DNA of 64,000 bases, from positions 640,001-704,000 of the forward strand of contig CBDCWG010000012.1 of the NCBI GenBank assembly GCA_965223345.1, written 5' to 3'. This document shows, piece after piece, positions 52,054-61,872 of the stretch. The notes below the pieces were generated by a model. The model saw nothing but the letters and a program-made list of their open reading frames with translations. It was not told the DNA's origin and did no database searches. The stretch is from Nitrospinales bacterium (GTDB taxonomy: Bacteria; Nitrospinota; Nitrospinia; Nitrospinales; VA-1). Position 1 is the first letter of the stretch; each line of letters starts with the position of its first letter. The position numbers and the translations under genes are program-made.

Positions 52054-52659
52054 TTGTTCGTGAAACGACCTTCAGCGGTTAAAGAACTTGTCGAAGAATT
52101 GAAGCGGTTGCCGGGTATCGGGCAGAAAACGGCGGAGCGGCTGGCCTTTTTCCTGCTGCGCAGCCCGAAGGAGATGACGGCGCGGCTGGCGCGGGCGATT
52201 CAGAACGTACAGGAAAAAATCCGCTTGTGTTCGGTGTGCCACGGGATCACGGAAAAGGATCCCTGTGAAATCTGCAGCGATCCGAACCGCGACGCCTCGC
52301 GCATCCTCGTGGTGGAGGAGCCGCACGATGTTTATATCTTTGAAAGTGTCGGCCGCTACCACGGCGTGTACCACGTGCTGATGGGGGTGATCTCCCCGCT
52401 GGACGGGGTCGGCCCTGCGGATTTGACGATCGAGTCGCTCAGGAAGAAAGTGCAGACCGGCAAGGTTCAGGAAGTGATCCTTGCGGCCAACCCCGACATG
52501 GAGGGGGAATCGACGTCGGTGTTCATTGCAAAAATGCTGAAACCGCTTTCGGTGCGGGTGACCCGGATCGCACGCGGGCTTCCCATCGGATCGGACATCG
52601 AATACGCGGATTCGGTGACCCTGTTGAAATCACTGGAAGGACGGACGGAAATCCTGTAA
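52054..52659 (+). CDS. recR: Recombination protein RecR
   Basis: LPGIGQKTAERLA, C4 zinc finger, YHVLMG.ISPLDG, TRIARGLPIG. Confidence 0.97.
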   Translation: MFVKRPSAVKELVEELKRLPGIGQKTAERLAFFLLRSPKEMTARLARAIQNVQEKIRLCSVCHGITEKDPCEICSDPNRDASRILVVEEPHDVYIFESVGRYHGVYHVLMGVISPLDGVGPADLTIESLRKKVQTGKVQEVILAANPDMEGESTSVFIAKMLKPLSVRVTRIARGLPIGSDIEYADSVTLLKSLEGRTEIL

Positions 52660-52848
52660 ACTGCCCTTTCCAAATCCCGCAACTGTGTGGTACAAATAGG
52701 CAACTTGTCGGATCGGTGGGCCGGATGGATGTTGCGGTTTCCCTCCGCGCGACGCCCCCGATTTGTTAGAGGACACCCGACGTTCTTCAATGCCAGGTTT
52801 TAAGGGGGTTGAGGGGCGAGAGAAAATCCCAGTTTAAATTCCAACCAT

Positions 52849-52923
52849 TCCGGAGTGGCGCAATGGTAGCGCAAGCGGCTGTTAACCGCTGTGTTACAGG
52901 TTCGAGTCCTGTCTCCGGAGCCA
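52849..52923 (+). tRNA. tRNA-Asn(GTT)
   Basis: TCCGGAG acceptor, AGCGG-CTGTTAA-CCGCT anticodon arm, GCCA end. Confidence 0.95.
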
Positions 52924-52932
52924 GTCCAGCAG

Positions 52933-52963
52933 GGGCTCGGCCGGTCACCGGCTGAGCCCTTTT
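52933..52963 (+). terminator. Intrinsic terminator after tRNA-Asn
   Basis: GGGCTCGGCCGG-TCA-CCGGCTGAGCCC + TTTT. Confidence 0.8.
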
Positions 52964-53027
52964 GTATTTGAGCGATTTGGACTGTTAAGACTGGATGAAT
53001 GATAAAACAGATGCTGTAAATGCATTG

Positions 53028-53059
53028 GCCGACCCCCTAGGGGGTCGGCTTTCTTTTTT
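53028..53059 (+). terminator. GC-rich palindrome / second terminator
   Basis: GCCGACCCCCTAGGGGGTCGGC followed by TTTCTTTTTT. Confidence 0.6.
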
Positions 53060-53134
53060 GGGGATTTTTATCGTGTTCTTTAAAAGGCCGGGGAATGGGC
53101 CGGGCAGGCAAGGGTATGCGGCAAAATCGCAACG

Positions 53135-53662
53135 CTAAAAAGCGCCCCAGTCCTGCTTTCCGGGAATGTAATGACTCGGGGTGATGTAGCGAAACATGTT
53201 GGCGAACCTGCGGGCCTGGGCCACTTTGTCCTGACTGGCCTGTTTCATTTGCATCAGTTCGTTGTCGAACACTTCGGAAAAATAGGCTTTGGCGGCTTGC
53301 TTGCGTTCTTCTTCGGTTTTGAACTGGCTGCGGATCTGGAACAGCTCGCCCGCATCGAGCCAGATTCCGCCGCATTGGGGGCATTCGTCGATCTCCACAT
53401 GGCGCTTGATGCTGACGAAATGGCGTGACAGGACGATGTCCGCACATTTCGGGCAATTGTGGCGCGCCTCTTGATCGACGGAAGCGCCGTGCTCGGTTTC
53501 GATGCCGCACAGCACCTCTCCCGCGGATTCGTGCGGCTCGTCAAACTTTTTGAATTCGTAATTGTCAAACCAGATTCCGCCGCATCCTTCCAGGCAGACG
53601 TCGAGAGTGACGCCGTCGGCTTCCATTTCCTTGAGCGGGCGGGTGCATGCAGGGCAATTCAT
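53135..53662 (-). CDS. Tandem zf-TFIIB-type zinc-ribbon protein
   Basis: MNCPAC..DVCLEGCGGIWFD and CPKC..IDECPQCGGIWLDAGEL; AGGAGG RBS. Confidence 0.88.
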   Translation of the reverse strand: MNCPACTRPLKEMEADGVTLDVCLEGCGGIWFDNYEFKKFDEPHESAGEVLCGIETEHGASVDQEARHNCPKCADIVLSRHFVSIKRHVEIDECPQCGGIWLDAGELFQIRSQFKTEEERKQAAKAYFSEVFDNELMQMKQASQDKVAQARRFANMFRYITPSHYIPGKQDWGAF

Positions 53663-54027
53663 CGTGTCTCCTCCTCCTGTTCCGGTCGTGGTGAAAAATC
53701 CCCAAAATGCTTGTTTTTGGCCCAGTGCGGGCCTACTTATAAGATAAATCAAACCCGCTTCATTGTAAATAATTGATTTAAAAAGACTTTCTTGCTGGAT
53801 AAGCGGCGGTTTCCCGGTTGTTTTCAATCCTGCAGGCCGTCAAAGGCGATGTGGAAACGCTGGACGGGATGTGGAGAAATAAAAAGCGATCCCTGTCGGG
53901 GCGGGACGATCGTCGCCCCTTCGGGGATGCTTTTTTTGCGTGGCTTGAGGAGAAATTTTCTCTCCCTTCTCACATCACCGGCAAGACATCTTCGTACCAG
54001 AGAGTGGAAAGACCGAGAACGCTGGAT

Positions 54028-54636
54028 TTACCAGAGCAGGCCGTGACCCAGGGCTCCGCGGCTCAGGGCGTTCAAGCCGCCGACCACCGCACCGATGGCG
54101 GCGCCGTCACCCGGACTGCCCACCACCGCACCGATCGCGGCTCCCGCGGCGGCGCCGATGGCTCCACCCAGCAGGGTGTCGCCAACCACATAATCGCTAT
54201 AACCACCATAACCTCGATCGTAGTAATACGAGGGTGCGGAATACACCACGGGCGGGTTCACGTACACCGGAGTGCGTTGGACGTATTGCCGCACCGGATA
54301 TTTGATCGGCGGCGGCCCGTAGCGGTAATCCCACTCGTCGTACTGGGTTGCGTGGCCAAGGGTTCCGCTGTTTGCCGCACGTCCCTGGGGGATGCAGTGT
54401 TTGTGAATCCGTTCGCTGATCAGACCGTCGGGGCCGTATTCCCGGTAGGTGTGCTCGCAAACGTGAGTGCCTTGAGGACAGGGTGCGGTCGAAGAGGACA
54501 CGGTCTCCGCGCCGCCGATCAGGTAGCCTCCGTCGTAGGTCACGACATGGCGGTTTTGTGCTTCGGCAGCCGGGTTGAAGGCCAGCGTGGCGATCCAGAC
54601 TAGAGCGATGACCGACAGCCATTGAATGTTTCTCAT
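54028..54636 (-). CDS. Exported protein with C-terminal glycine zipper
   Basis: Signal peptide ending AAEA; GGAIGAAAGAAIGAVVGSPGDGAAIGAVVGG; GGAGG RBS. Confidence 0.8.
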   Translation of the reverse strand: MRNIQWLSVIALVWIATLAFNPAAEAQNRHVVTYDGGYLIGGAETVSSSTAPCPQGTHVCEHTYREYGPDGLISERIHKHCIPQGRAANSGTLGHATQYDEWDYRYGPPPIKYPVRQYVQRTPVYVNPPVVYSAPSYYYDRGYGGYSDYVVGDTLLGGAIGAAAGAAIGAVVGSPGDGAAIGAVVGGLNALSRGALGHGLLW

Positions 54637-54914
54637 GACAGCACCTCCATAGGCTCGTGCCGCAATCGTTAGCAGATTCTCAGTCCACTTAGAATATAAT
54701 CCGGACGGTAGTTATGTCAATTTTATGCATAAAACTTTGCTTATTTTCGGATGCCGGTGAGAAAAAGTGAGGATGGGGCAGATGGCTGGGTCTTGAGATA
54801 GGGAGGACCCCCTCCCCGGAGGTTGGGGAGGGGGCGGCAATCAGCGTCTATCCATCTGAAGGGGAATGGATGGACGGAACTCCAGTACCCGAGGGTGTGG
54901 CTGCCTGTGGATGA

Positions 54915-55484
54915 TCACCACAGGAGGCCATGACCCAAGAGGCTGCGGCTGGCGCCGCTCAATCCACCGATGACCGCACCGATCGCGGCTCCGTCACCCG
55001 GGCTGCCCACCACCGCACCGATGGCGGCTCCCGCGGCGGCTCCAAATGCGCCCCCGACCAGGGTTCCGGAAACCGGATCATGGCTCGGACCGTAGTTCTG
55101 ACCGTACTGCGGCGCCGGAGCAACGTGTTGCGGGGCGGTGTATACCGGCCTTGGGGTCTGGTAGATCGTCACGTGTTTTTCATAGTGACGGCTGGGCTCG
55201 TAGTGGTGCCCGTGTTTGTAATGATGATGGTGATGATGGTGGTGGTGCCGATGATGCCGGCGCCACTTTTTGTGCCGATGCCCGTAGTCGTCGTGACTTC
55301 TGTAGGTTCGGGTGACGATCTCCACTTCCTGCGGGTAGGAGTCGTAACTGCGGGTCACGGTTTTTACGGTTTCCGTATGCGTGTAGCCGTGCGAACTGCC
55401 CCGGTACCGGTCGTGGGCCAGCGCCGCGCTGCTCATCACCAACACCAGAATCGAACTGTATGCGAGAATTTTTATCCATTTCAT
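54915..55484 (-). CDS. His-rich exported protein with C-terminal glycine zipper
   Basis: Signal peptide ending ALA; HHRHHHHHHHHHYKHGHH; same glycine zipper as neighbour; GGAGG RBS. Confidence 0.8.
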   Translation of the reverse strand: MKWIKILAYSSILVLVMSSAALAHDRYRGSSHGYTHTETVKTVTRSYDSYPQEVEIVTRTYRSHDDYGHRHKKWRRHHRHHHHHHHHHYKHGHHYEPSRHYEKHVTIYQTPRPVYTAPQHVAPAPQYGQNYGPSHDPVSGTLVGGAFGAAAGAAIGAVVGSPGDGAAIGAVIGGLSGASRSLLGHGLLW

Positions 55485-55917
55485 GACCTTACCTCCGTCG
55501 AAACATTGAATGCCTCCCATTCAACCGACTACAACTAGCATTACTTTTGTGAGTATAATTAACCATACTTTTGATGTCAAATATTTTTTTAGTTTTATGG
55601 TCAGAAGTAGGTATTTCGTTGCCGAATCGGACTTTTTTTTCTCAACCCCTGCATTATCAGCTAACTCAGACCCGCTTTCCTTCCGCAAAGAGTTAAAGTG
55701 TTACCTGAAGACACGCGGATTCGCATGATTTTTTACCTGTTTGAGCTGCAAACCGAGTATAAATCCGTTGTAATCCGTTAAAATTGGTGGTAAAAAACGC
55801 CGCGGGTAGTGTCAAACGTTCATCGAACGATCCAAAACAGCAAGCGCACGGCCCCAATCCCTCAATCCCCCCGGGACTCCTGATCGACCATTCACATTTC
55901 ATTCTGTCGAGGTGATC

Positions 55918-56982
55918 ATGCCGGTGAAAAATCAGGCGCAGCAGATTCGCTCATTTCTCCTTCAAGGCATCCCGCAGCATCCCCGCAATATCGTGGCTCT
56001 CGCATCGAAAGAATTCTCCGTCAGCCGCACCACCGTGCACCGGCATCTGAACCGTCTGGAACGGGACGGGAAAATCATCAAAACCGGGACCACGAAACAG
56101 GCGGCGTATTTCCTGAAAACCAGCCTGGACAAGACGCTGATATTCAAAACCGACTGCAACGCTTCCGGCAAGGAAATCTGGGAGGAATACCTGGCTGCGG
56201 ATTTTTCACGCTTGAAACCGCATCAGGCGGAAATCTGTGCGTTCGGATTCGGGCAGATGTTCGACAACGCCCGGGCCCATTCGGGCAGCCAGGGGATCGT
56301 GGTGAAAACCGTGTGGAAGGAAAGCTCGGTGGAACTGATCGTCATCGACGACGGCGTGGGCATCTTCGAGAAAATCCGATCCGTCCAGAGCGTTGCGGAT
56401 CTTCGCGAATGCGTTTTGCTTTTGGCGCACGGGGCCCTCTCAACGGACCCGGAAAAGCAGCGCGGTGAGGGTCTCCTGGTCACGTCGAGAGCGTTCGACA
56501 TGTTCGGCATTCTGGCGAACGGGTTGTTCTATTTTAAAGACAATCGCAACGACGACTGGTTTCTGGAAACCAAGAAAAAGGCCAAGACCAAAGGGACGCG
56601 TGTGTCGATGGCGCTGTATTTCGATTCGGTGCGTTCACTGGATGCGCTGCTCCCGTATGCCGCCGGAGCGCCTTCCGGCCTGCAGGACAGGGAGGCGGCG
56701 GAGGTTCGGATCGCGCTCGGCCGCTTCGAGGAAGAGCCCTATGTCTCGCGGGTGCAGGCGCAGCGGCTGCTTAAGGGCCTGGAGCGGTTCCGGCGGGTGA
56801 CCCTGGATTTCAGCGGCATCGCCACGGTGGGGCAGGCGTTCGTGGACGAGGTGTTCCGGGTGTACGCTGCGGAAAACCCGGACATGCAACTCGACGTGAT
56901 CCATGCCAACGACGACGTGCGGTTCATGATTCAGCACGGCGCACCGCAAGCGGAAGAGGCGGGAGGCGTGTGGGAAGCGTGA
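55918..56982 (+). CDS. HTH + HATPase-like + STAS-like (DUF4325-type) protein
   Basis: VSRTTVHRHL HTH; DNARAHS, DDGVGIF, GEGL; VSRVQAQRL..LDFSGI..GQAFVDEVFRV. Confidence 0.8.
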   Translation: MPVKNQAQQIRSFLLQGIPQHPRNIVALASKEFSVSRTTVHRHLNRLERDGKIIKTGTTKQAAYFLKTSLDKTLIFKTDCNASGKEIWEEYLAADFSRLKPHQAEICAFGFGQMFDNARAHSGSQGIVVKTVWKESSVELIVIDDGVGIFEKIRSVQSVADLRECVLLLAHGALSTDPEKQRGEGLLVTSRAFDMFGILANGLFYFKDNRNDDWFLETKKKAKTKGTRVSMALYFDSVRSLDALLPYAAGAPSGLQDREAAEVRIALGRFEEEPYVSRVQAQRLLKGLERFRRVTLDFSGIATVGQAFVDEVFRVYAAENPDMQLDVIHANDDVRFMIQHGAPQAEEAGGVWEA

Positions 56983-57707
56983 GGCTCCGGCACGATTCCG
57001 TCAAACCGGAGATCCGCATTGCGCCTGTTTTGCTCGGCGCCTGCTGGCTGTTTGCGGCTCCGGTTTTTGGCGACACCCTGCAGGGGGAAGTGCGGCAGGT
57101 GGCGAGCGGCGATACGTTCACGATCGAAACGGCAGACGGGGGATTTTACAAAATCCGCCTGCGGGACGTCGATGCGCCGGAGCTTTCGCAGACGTTCGGC
57201 AAGCAGGCGCGCGCGTTCACCGAAAGCCGGGTGGGCGGAAAAACGGTCACGGTGCATGTTTCCCTGGTGGACCGGTTTCAACGCCGGATCGGCACGGTAA
57301 GCTTGCCGGACGGCACGCTGCTCAACGAGGAACTCGTGCGCCTGGGTTACGCCTGGCACTACCCCGCCCTGCAGCCGGTGAGCGGGGTGCTTTCCGGGCT
57401 GGAACGGGAGGCGCGGCAGAACCGGCTCGGGCTGTGGGTGGACGATGCAGCGGTTCCTCCCTGGATCTACCGCAGGGAAAGCGCCTATCCGGCTCCGCCG
57501 CAGGAGCCCAAGCACATGGACTACGATCGCTATTTCGAATACGGTTTGATCGGCAATCCCGACACCCGGATCTACTTGTGGCCGGCGTGTGGGGGGTACC
57601 CCGATCACCGTGACGGGTGGGTGCGTTTTGGCAGTCTGGCCACTGCGGAGGGCAGGGGGTACAAACGGGCCGCAAACTGCCCCCGGCCGGATGGGGATTT
57701 GAGCTGA
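56979..57707 (+). CDS. Thermonuclease (SNase-like) exported protein
   Basis: SGDT, IRLRDVDAPE..QTFG, DRFQR, LNEELVRLGYAW, AR..RLGLW, PPW.YR. Confidence 0.88.
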   Translation: MRLRHDSVKPEIRIAPVLLGACWLFAAPVFGDTLQGEVRQVASGDTFTIETADGGFYKIRLRDVDAPELSQTFGKQARAFTESRVGGKTVTVHVSLVDRFQRRIGTVSLPDGTLLNEELVRLGYAWHYPALQPVSGVLSGLEREARQNRLGLWVDDAAVPPWIYRRESAYPAPPQEPKHMDYDRYFEYGLIGNPDTRIYLWPACGGYPDHRDGWVRFGSLATAEGRGYKRAANCPRPDGDLS

Positions 57708-57898
57708 TCGACCCCGGTTGAGAGCCGTGCTGCTAGCCAGGGCAAAAGGCTTGGGAATCGGCCATTTTCGGCATATTTTATTGATTTTTAAGGGGTAGCG
57801 CTGTTAAAATTTAATGAGGCTGTGAATCGTCCGGCTGAGTTTCACGCCGGTTTTTCGCGAAAAAACCCTTTCCATCCCCAATAGCGGATGCGTTTTCG

Positions 57899-58279
57899 AT
57901 GAAGACTCTTTTTTTCAAGCGAGGGGAGAAGATCATCTCCGAAGGGATGTCGAGCGACTGCGCGTACATCATCGAATCGGGCAGCGTGGAGGTTACCAAA
58001 CGCGATCCCAGTGGAGAACGCAAGGTGCTCAGCACCTTGAAGGAAAACGATATCTTCGGAGAAATGGGGCTGATCGACGGCCTGCCCCGCTCCTGTTCGG
58101 TGGTCGCTCTCGAGGACAGTTCCATCACGGTGCTCACCCAGGAAGCCTTCAACTCCCTGGCCGACCACAAGCCGCAAGCGCTCATGCCGATTTTAAAGGT
58201 TCTGGCCGCCCGCCTGCGTTCCACGCTCAAAATCGTCGAAGACCTGCAGGACAACGGCAAATCCGCCTCCTTTCGATAG
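57899..58279 (+). CDS. Cyclic-nucleotide-binding domain protein
   Basis: IISEG, YIIESGSV, FGEMGLIDGLPRSCSV. Confidence 0.9.
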   Translation: MKTLFFKRGEKIISEGMSSDCAYIIESGSVEVTKRDPSGERKVLSTLKENDIFGEMGLIDGLPRSCSVVALEDSSITVLTQEAFNSLADHKPQALMPILKVLAARLRSTLKIVEDLQDNGKSASFR

Positions 58280-58400
58280 ACCGCATCATCCTCAGCCGCA
58301 GCGATTGAAATCGGGTTCCGCCAAGGCACCGGGAAACCGGTTGCGCCCTTCCCTTTCCGTGGTGTAAAGTCGATCAGGATGACGATTCCTACACAAAGGT

Positions 58401-59696
58401 GTGCCTGTGGCTCCTGAATTGCTGGCTCCCGCCGGGAGTCCTGAAAAACTCGATTACGCGTTCGCCTATGGCGCGGATGCGGTGTACGCGGGGATCCCCA
58501 AATTTTCCCTGCGCGCCAAGGAAAACCGCTTTCGCGACGATTCACTGAAAGAGGCGATCGCAACCACACACCGGCTGGGCAAGAAAATCTACATCACCGC
58601 GAACATTCTGCCGCCGAACCGCAAGGTGGACTCGTTCAAAAAATCCCTGGCCTATTACGCCGAAGCAGGAGCGGATGCTTTCATCATGTCCGATCCGGGG
58701 CTGATCCAGTTCGTGCTGAAAGAATTTCCGCATGTGCCGGTGCACCTTTCGGTGCAGACCAACACGATCAACTGGTCCTCGGTGCAGTTCTGGCACGATC
58801 TGGGCGTGCGGCGCGTCATTTTATCGCGGGAGCTGTCGCTGGAAGAGATCCGCGAGATCCACGAGCGGGTCCCGGGGATGGAGCTGGAAGCGTTCGTGCA
58901 CGGCGCGATCTGCATCGCCTATTCGGGGCGCTGCCTGCTTTCCAATTACTTCAATCACCGGGACGCCAATCAGGGCACCTGCACCAACAGCTGCCGCTGG
59001 GAGTACAACGTCTACCAGGAAAACCCGGACGCGCAACTGGGTGCGAGGAAGGTACTGGACGGGGATTTCTTTCTGGAAGAGGCGCAACGGCCCGGGGAAC
59101 TCATGCCGGTGGATGAGGACGAGCACGGCACCTACATCATGAACTCCAAGGATTTGCGCGCCATCGAGTATCTGCGGGAACTCAAAGAGGCGGGCGTCGT
59201 CTCCTTCAAGATCGAGGGGCGATCGAAATCCGAATACTATCTTTCGCGGATCACAAAATCCTATCGCCAGGCTCTCAACGATTTGATCGAGGCGCGGCCT
59301 TTCAACCCCCAGCTTCTCGAGGAAGTGCAAAAAACCGCCAACCGCGGGTTCACTTCGGCGTTTCTGGTGTCCAATGCCAACCGGGAGACCGAGCGCTTCG
59401 ACTCACCGCAGGAAGAAAACCTGCCGCAGGTGTACGCCGGGAAGGTCGTGGACGTGCGCGGCGACGGGATGGTGCAAGTGGACGTGAAGAACCGGATCGA
59501 GCTGGGCGATGAACTGGAATGCCTCTCACCCAAAAACCAGTACCGGTTCAAGATTGGCGCGATGGAGGATTCGGCGGGAGCGCCGATTTCGGTGGCTCAC
59601 GGCGGCAACGGTTTGGTGTGGATCGCCGGTGAGGGGCCGGTGGAACCCTATGCCCTGCTGAGCCTGGTGAAAAAGCCGGTGGTCTCTCCCGCCTAG
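58401..59696 (+). CDS. trhP: U32-family tRNA 5-hydroxyuridine modification protein
   Basis: PELLAPAGS, HLSVQ, FVHGAICIAYSGRCLLSNY..HRDANQGTCTNSCRW, DEHGTYIMNSKDL, KIEGR. Confidence 0.9.
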   Translation: MPVAPELLAPAGSPEKLDYAFAYGADAVYAGIPKFSLRAKENRFRDDSLKEAIATTHRLGKKIYITANILPPNRKVDSFKKSLAYYAEAGADAFIMSDPGLIQFVLKEFPHVPVHLSVQTNTINWSSVQFWHDLGVRRVILSRELSLEEIREIHERVPGMELEAFVHGAICIAYSGRCLLSNYFNHRDANQGTCTNSCRWEYNVYQENPDAQLGARKVLDGDFFLEEAQRPGELMPVDEDEHGTYIMNSKDLRAIEYLRELKEAGVVSFKIEGRSKSEYYLSRITKSYRQALNDLIEARPFNPQLLEEVQKTANRGFTSAFLVSNANRETERFDSPQEENLPQVYAGKVVDVRGDGMVQVDVKNRIELGDELECLSPKNQYRFKIGAMEDSAGAPISVAHGGNGLVWIAGEGPVEPYALLSLVKKPVVSPA

Positions 59697-59710
59697 CTCG
59701 AGCGGTCGCA

Positions 59711-59908
59711 TCACTTGCGGTTGTTTTCCTTTTCGTTTTTTTTGGTGGATTCGACCCAGGCGATGGCGGCGTAAATCGCCAGGATCAGCAGAACGCTGAC
59801 CCACCCCGCAGGGGATTCGATTCTGTAGTCAAAGATATCGCGGGCCAGGGTTCCGTCGATGATCAGAGCCACTGCCACGAGGATGAAAAGAAACGCCAGT
59901 TTTTTCAA
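59711..59908 (-). CDS. Small two-TM membrane protein
   Basis: Two hydrophobic helices, basic tail; AAGG RBS before TTG. Confidence 0.6.
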   Translation of the reverse strand: MKKLAFLFILVAVALIIDGTLARDIFDYRIESPAGWVSVLLILAIYAAIAWVESTKKNEKENNRK

Positions 59909-60123
59909 AATCCACCTTATTCCTGCAAGTGTGTTCCGGATAGCTGTCTGAAGGAGGCGGCGCTCACACCGCCCGGCCGGAACTCCGGCATGAATTCGTT
60001 TGTTCCCGTATTCGGTCTCAAATATAATACTTTTTTGGCCCCACTTTCCATATACACGTCACGCGGGCCGGGCCATTTTCAACCGATCGCGCTGCCACCA
60101 GAGGCGACTCGGGAAAGGATGCA

Positions 60124-61128
60124 ATGGCGTTACCCATCAAGCAGGCATTGAAAATCGGATTCTATATTTTCCGGCAAAAACTCAAGGGGCGCAAACGCTT
60201 TCCTCTGGTGCTCATGCTGGAGCCGCTGTTCCGCTGCAATCTGGAATGCATCGGCTGCGGAAAAATCCAGAAACCCAACGAGATCCTGAAACAGAACCTG
60301 AGCCCCGAAGACTGTCTCGCGGCCGCGGAAGAATGCGGCGCGCCGGTGGTTTCCATCGCCGGCGGCGAACCGCTGATGCATCCCCAGATCGGTGAAATCG
60401 TGGAGGGGCTTCTGGCCCAGGGACGGTACGTCTACCTTTGCACCAATGCCCTGCTCCTCGATGATTTTCTCGGTAAGCTGCCGGTCTCCCCGCTGCTGAC
60501 CCTGTCCATCCATCTCGACGGGCTGGAAGAGGATCACGACCACATAGTCGCGCAAAAGGGCACGTTCAAGGTGGCGGTGGAGGCGATTCGCAAAGCCAAG
60601 TCGATGGGATATCGGGTCAACAGCGCAACGACATTTTTCGATGGCATCACCGTCGAGAAAGCCGAGAAGTTTCTCGATTTCGTGAACCCGCTTGGCGTGG
60701 ACGGAGTGACGCTGGCCTCGGCGTTCCAATATCCGGATGCGCCCGATCAGGAACACTTCTTCGGCCGGAAGAAGACGTTCGAGTTTTTCGACGAACTGTT
60801 GCAGAAAAACAAGAACGGCCGGTGGAACATCAACCATTCTCCGTTCTACCTGGAGTTTTTGCAGGGCAAACGCGATTACAACTGCACACCCTGGGGCAAC
60901 CCGAACTACTCGGTGCTGGGGTGGCAGAAACCGTGTTACTTGCTCGATGACGGCTATGCGGAAACGTTCGAGGAATTGATGGAGACCACGGAGTGGGAGA
61001 AATACGGACACCGCAACAATCCCAAATGCGCGGATTGCACCGCCCATTGCGGTTACGAAGCCACGGCGGTGGAAGACGCCACCGCGAACCTGAAAAACAT
61101 GGTTCAATCCGCAAGAGCTGTTTTTTAA
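60124..61128 (+). CDS. hpnH: Adenosyl-hopene transferase (radical SAM, hopanoid synthesis)
   Basis: FPLVLMLEPLFRCNLECIGCGKI, SIAGGEPL, CTPWGNP, WQKPCYLL, CADC.AHCGYE. Confidence 0.95.
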   Translation: MALPIKQALKIGFYIFRQKLKGRKRFPLVLMLEPLFRCNLECIGCGKIQKPNEILKQNLSPEDCLAAAEECGAPVVSIAGGEPLMHPQIGEIVEGLLAQGRYVYLCTNALLLDDFLGKLPVSPLLTLSIHLDGLEEDHDHIVAQKGTFKVAVEAIRKAKSMGYRVNSATTFFDGITVEKAEKFLDFVNPLGVDGVTLASAFQYPDAPDQEHFFGRKKTFEFFDELLQKNKNGRWNINHSPFYLEFLQGKRDYNCTPWGNPNYSVLGWQKPCYLLDDGYAETFEELMETTEWEKYGHRNNPKCADCTAHCGYEATAVEDATANLKNMVQSARAVF

Positions 61129-61175
61129 TTTATCCGATTCGCCGCAGTCCTGCTTGCTATTTCCTCAGACAGATA

Positions 61176-61817
61176 TCAATTGATACCCCGTCCGCCCCCG
61201 GTGAAGTTGGTGCTGAAATCACTGGCCGCTCCGGAAGCCGCATTGGAATCCTCTGCATCACCGATGAATTCCATCGCAAAACCCGTGCTGCTTGAGGAAA
61301 TAAAGACCACACCCCACATCGAAAGTTGGCTCAGATTGTCGTACTTTCGAATGCCACCCACCGTTGTGGGCGTTCCCGGAGCTTCGTTGATTCCTACAAT
61401 CCGCACATTTCCGAACTGAGCAGAATCGACCGTGGTGATGAGATGCGTCCTTGAATCTGTAAAAGCCGGATTGGATGAATTGATGGTTGCGTGTGACTGG
61501 TTCACCACGAATATTCTGTGGGTTTCGCCTGAATCGACGGTGACGGTGACCGATCGTCCTGCGGCATTGTTGGGAACGGTGGTCATGTCCAACACTTCAA
61601 AGACCAACCCAATCTGTGACAGTGAGGTTGAAAGGGAAGGGTGGCTGATTCCGATGAAGGTATAACTGTCATTGGGTACCGATTGCACGTAAGGAGAGAC
61701 GGCGAGGCGTGCGTTATCAGACGTATCCGGAGCGGATAAAATTTGGGCCTGTGCTGTTAAAGCAAAAAAACTGAATCCCAGATAAAGAAAAAGGGATAGA
61801 TAGTATTTTTTATTCAT
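61176..61817 (-). CDS. Secreted Ser/Thr-rich hypothetical protein (paralogue A)
   Basis: Signal peptide ending AQA; shares motifs with neighbour; GGAGA RBS. Confidence 0.75.
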   Translation of the reverse strand: MNKKYYLSLFLYLGFSFFALTAQAQILSAPDTSDNARLAVSPYVQSVPNDSYTFIGISHPSLSTSLSQIGLVFEVLDMTTVPNNAAGRSVTVTVDSGETHRIFVVNQSHATINSSNPAFTDSRTHLITTVDSAQFGNVRIVGINEAPGTPTTVGGIRKYDNLSQLSMWGVVFISSSSTGFAMEFIGDAEDSNAASGAASDFSTNFTGGGRGIN

Positions 61818-61872
61818 CGGTCATTCTCCATGAGTATTTTATGGGCAACCTTTTTGTGACAACATTTACCGC

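Noticed and set aside
55918..57707. HATPase/STAS protein plus nuclease as an anti-phage or toxin-antitoxin system
   Set aside because: The nuclease appears exported and both families are common alone; adjacency is the only evidence.
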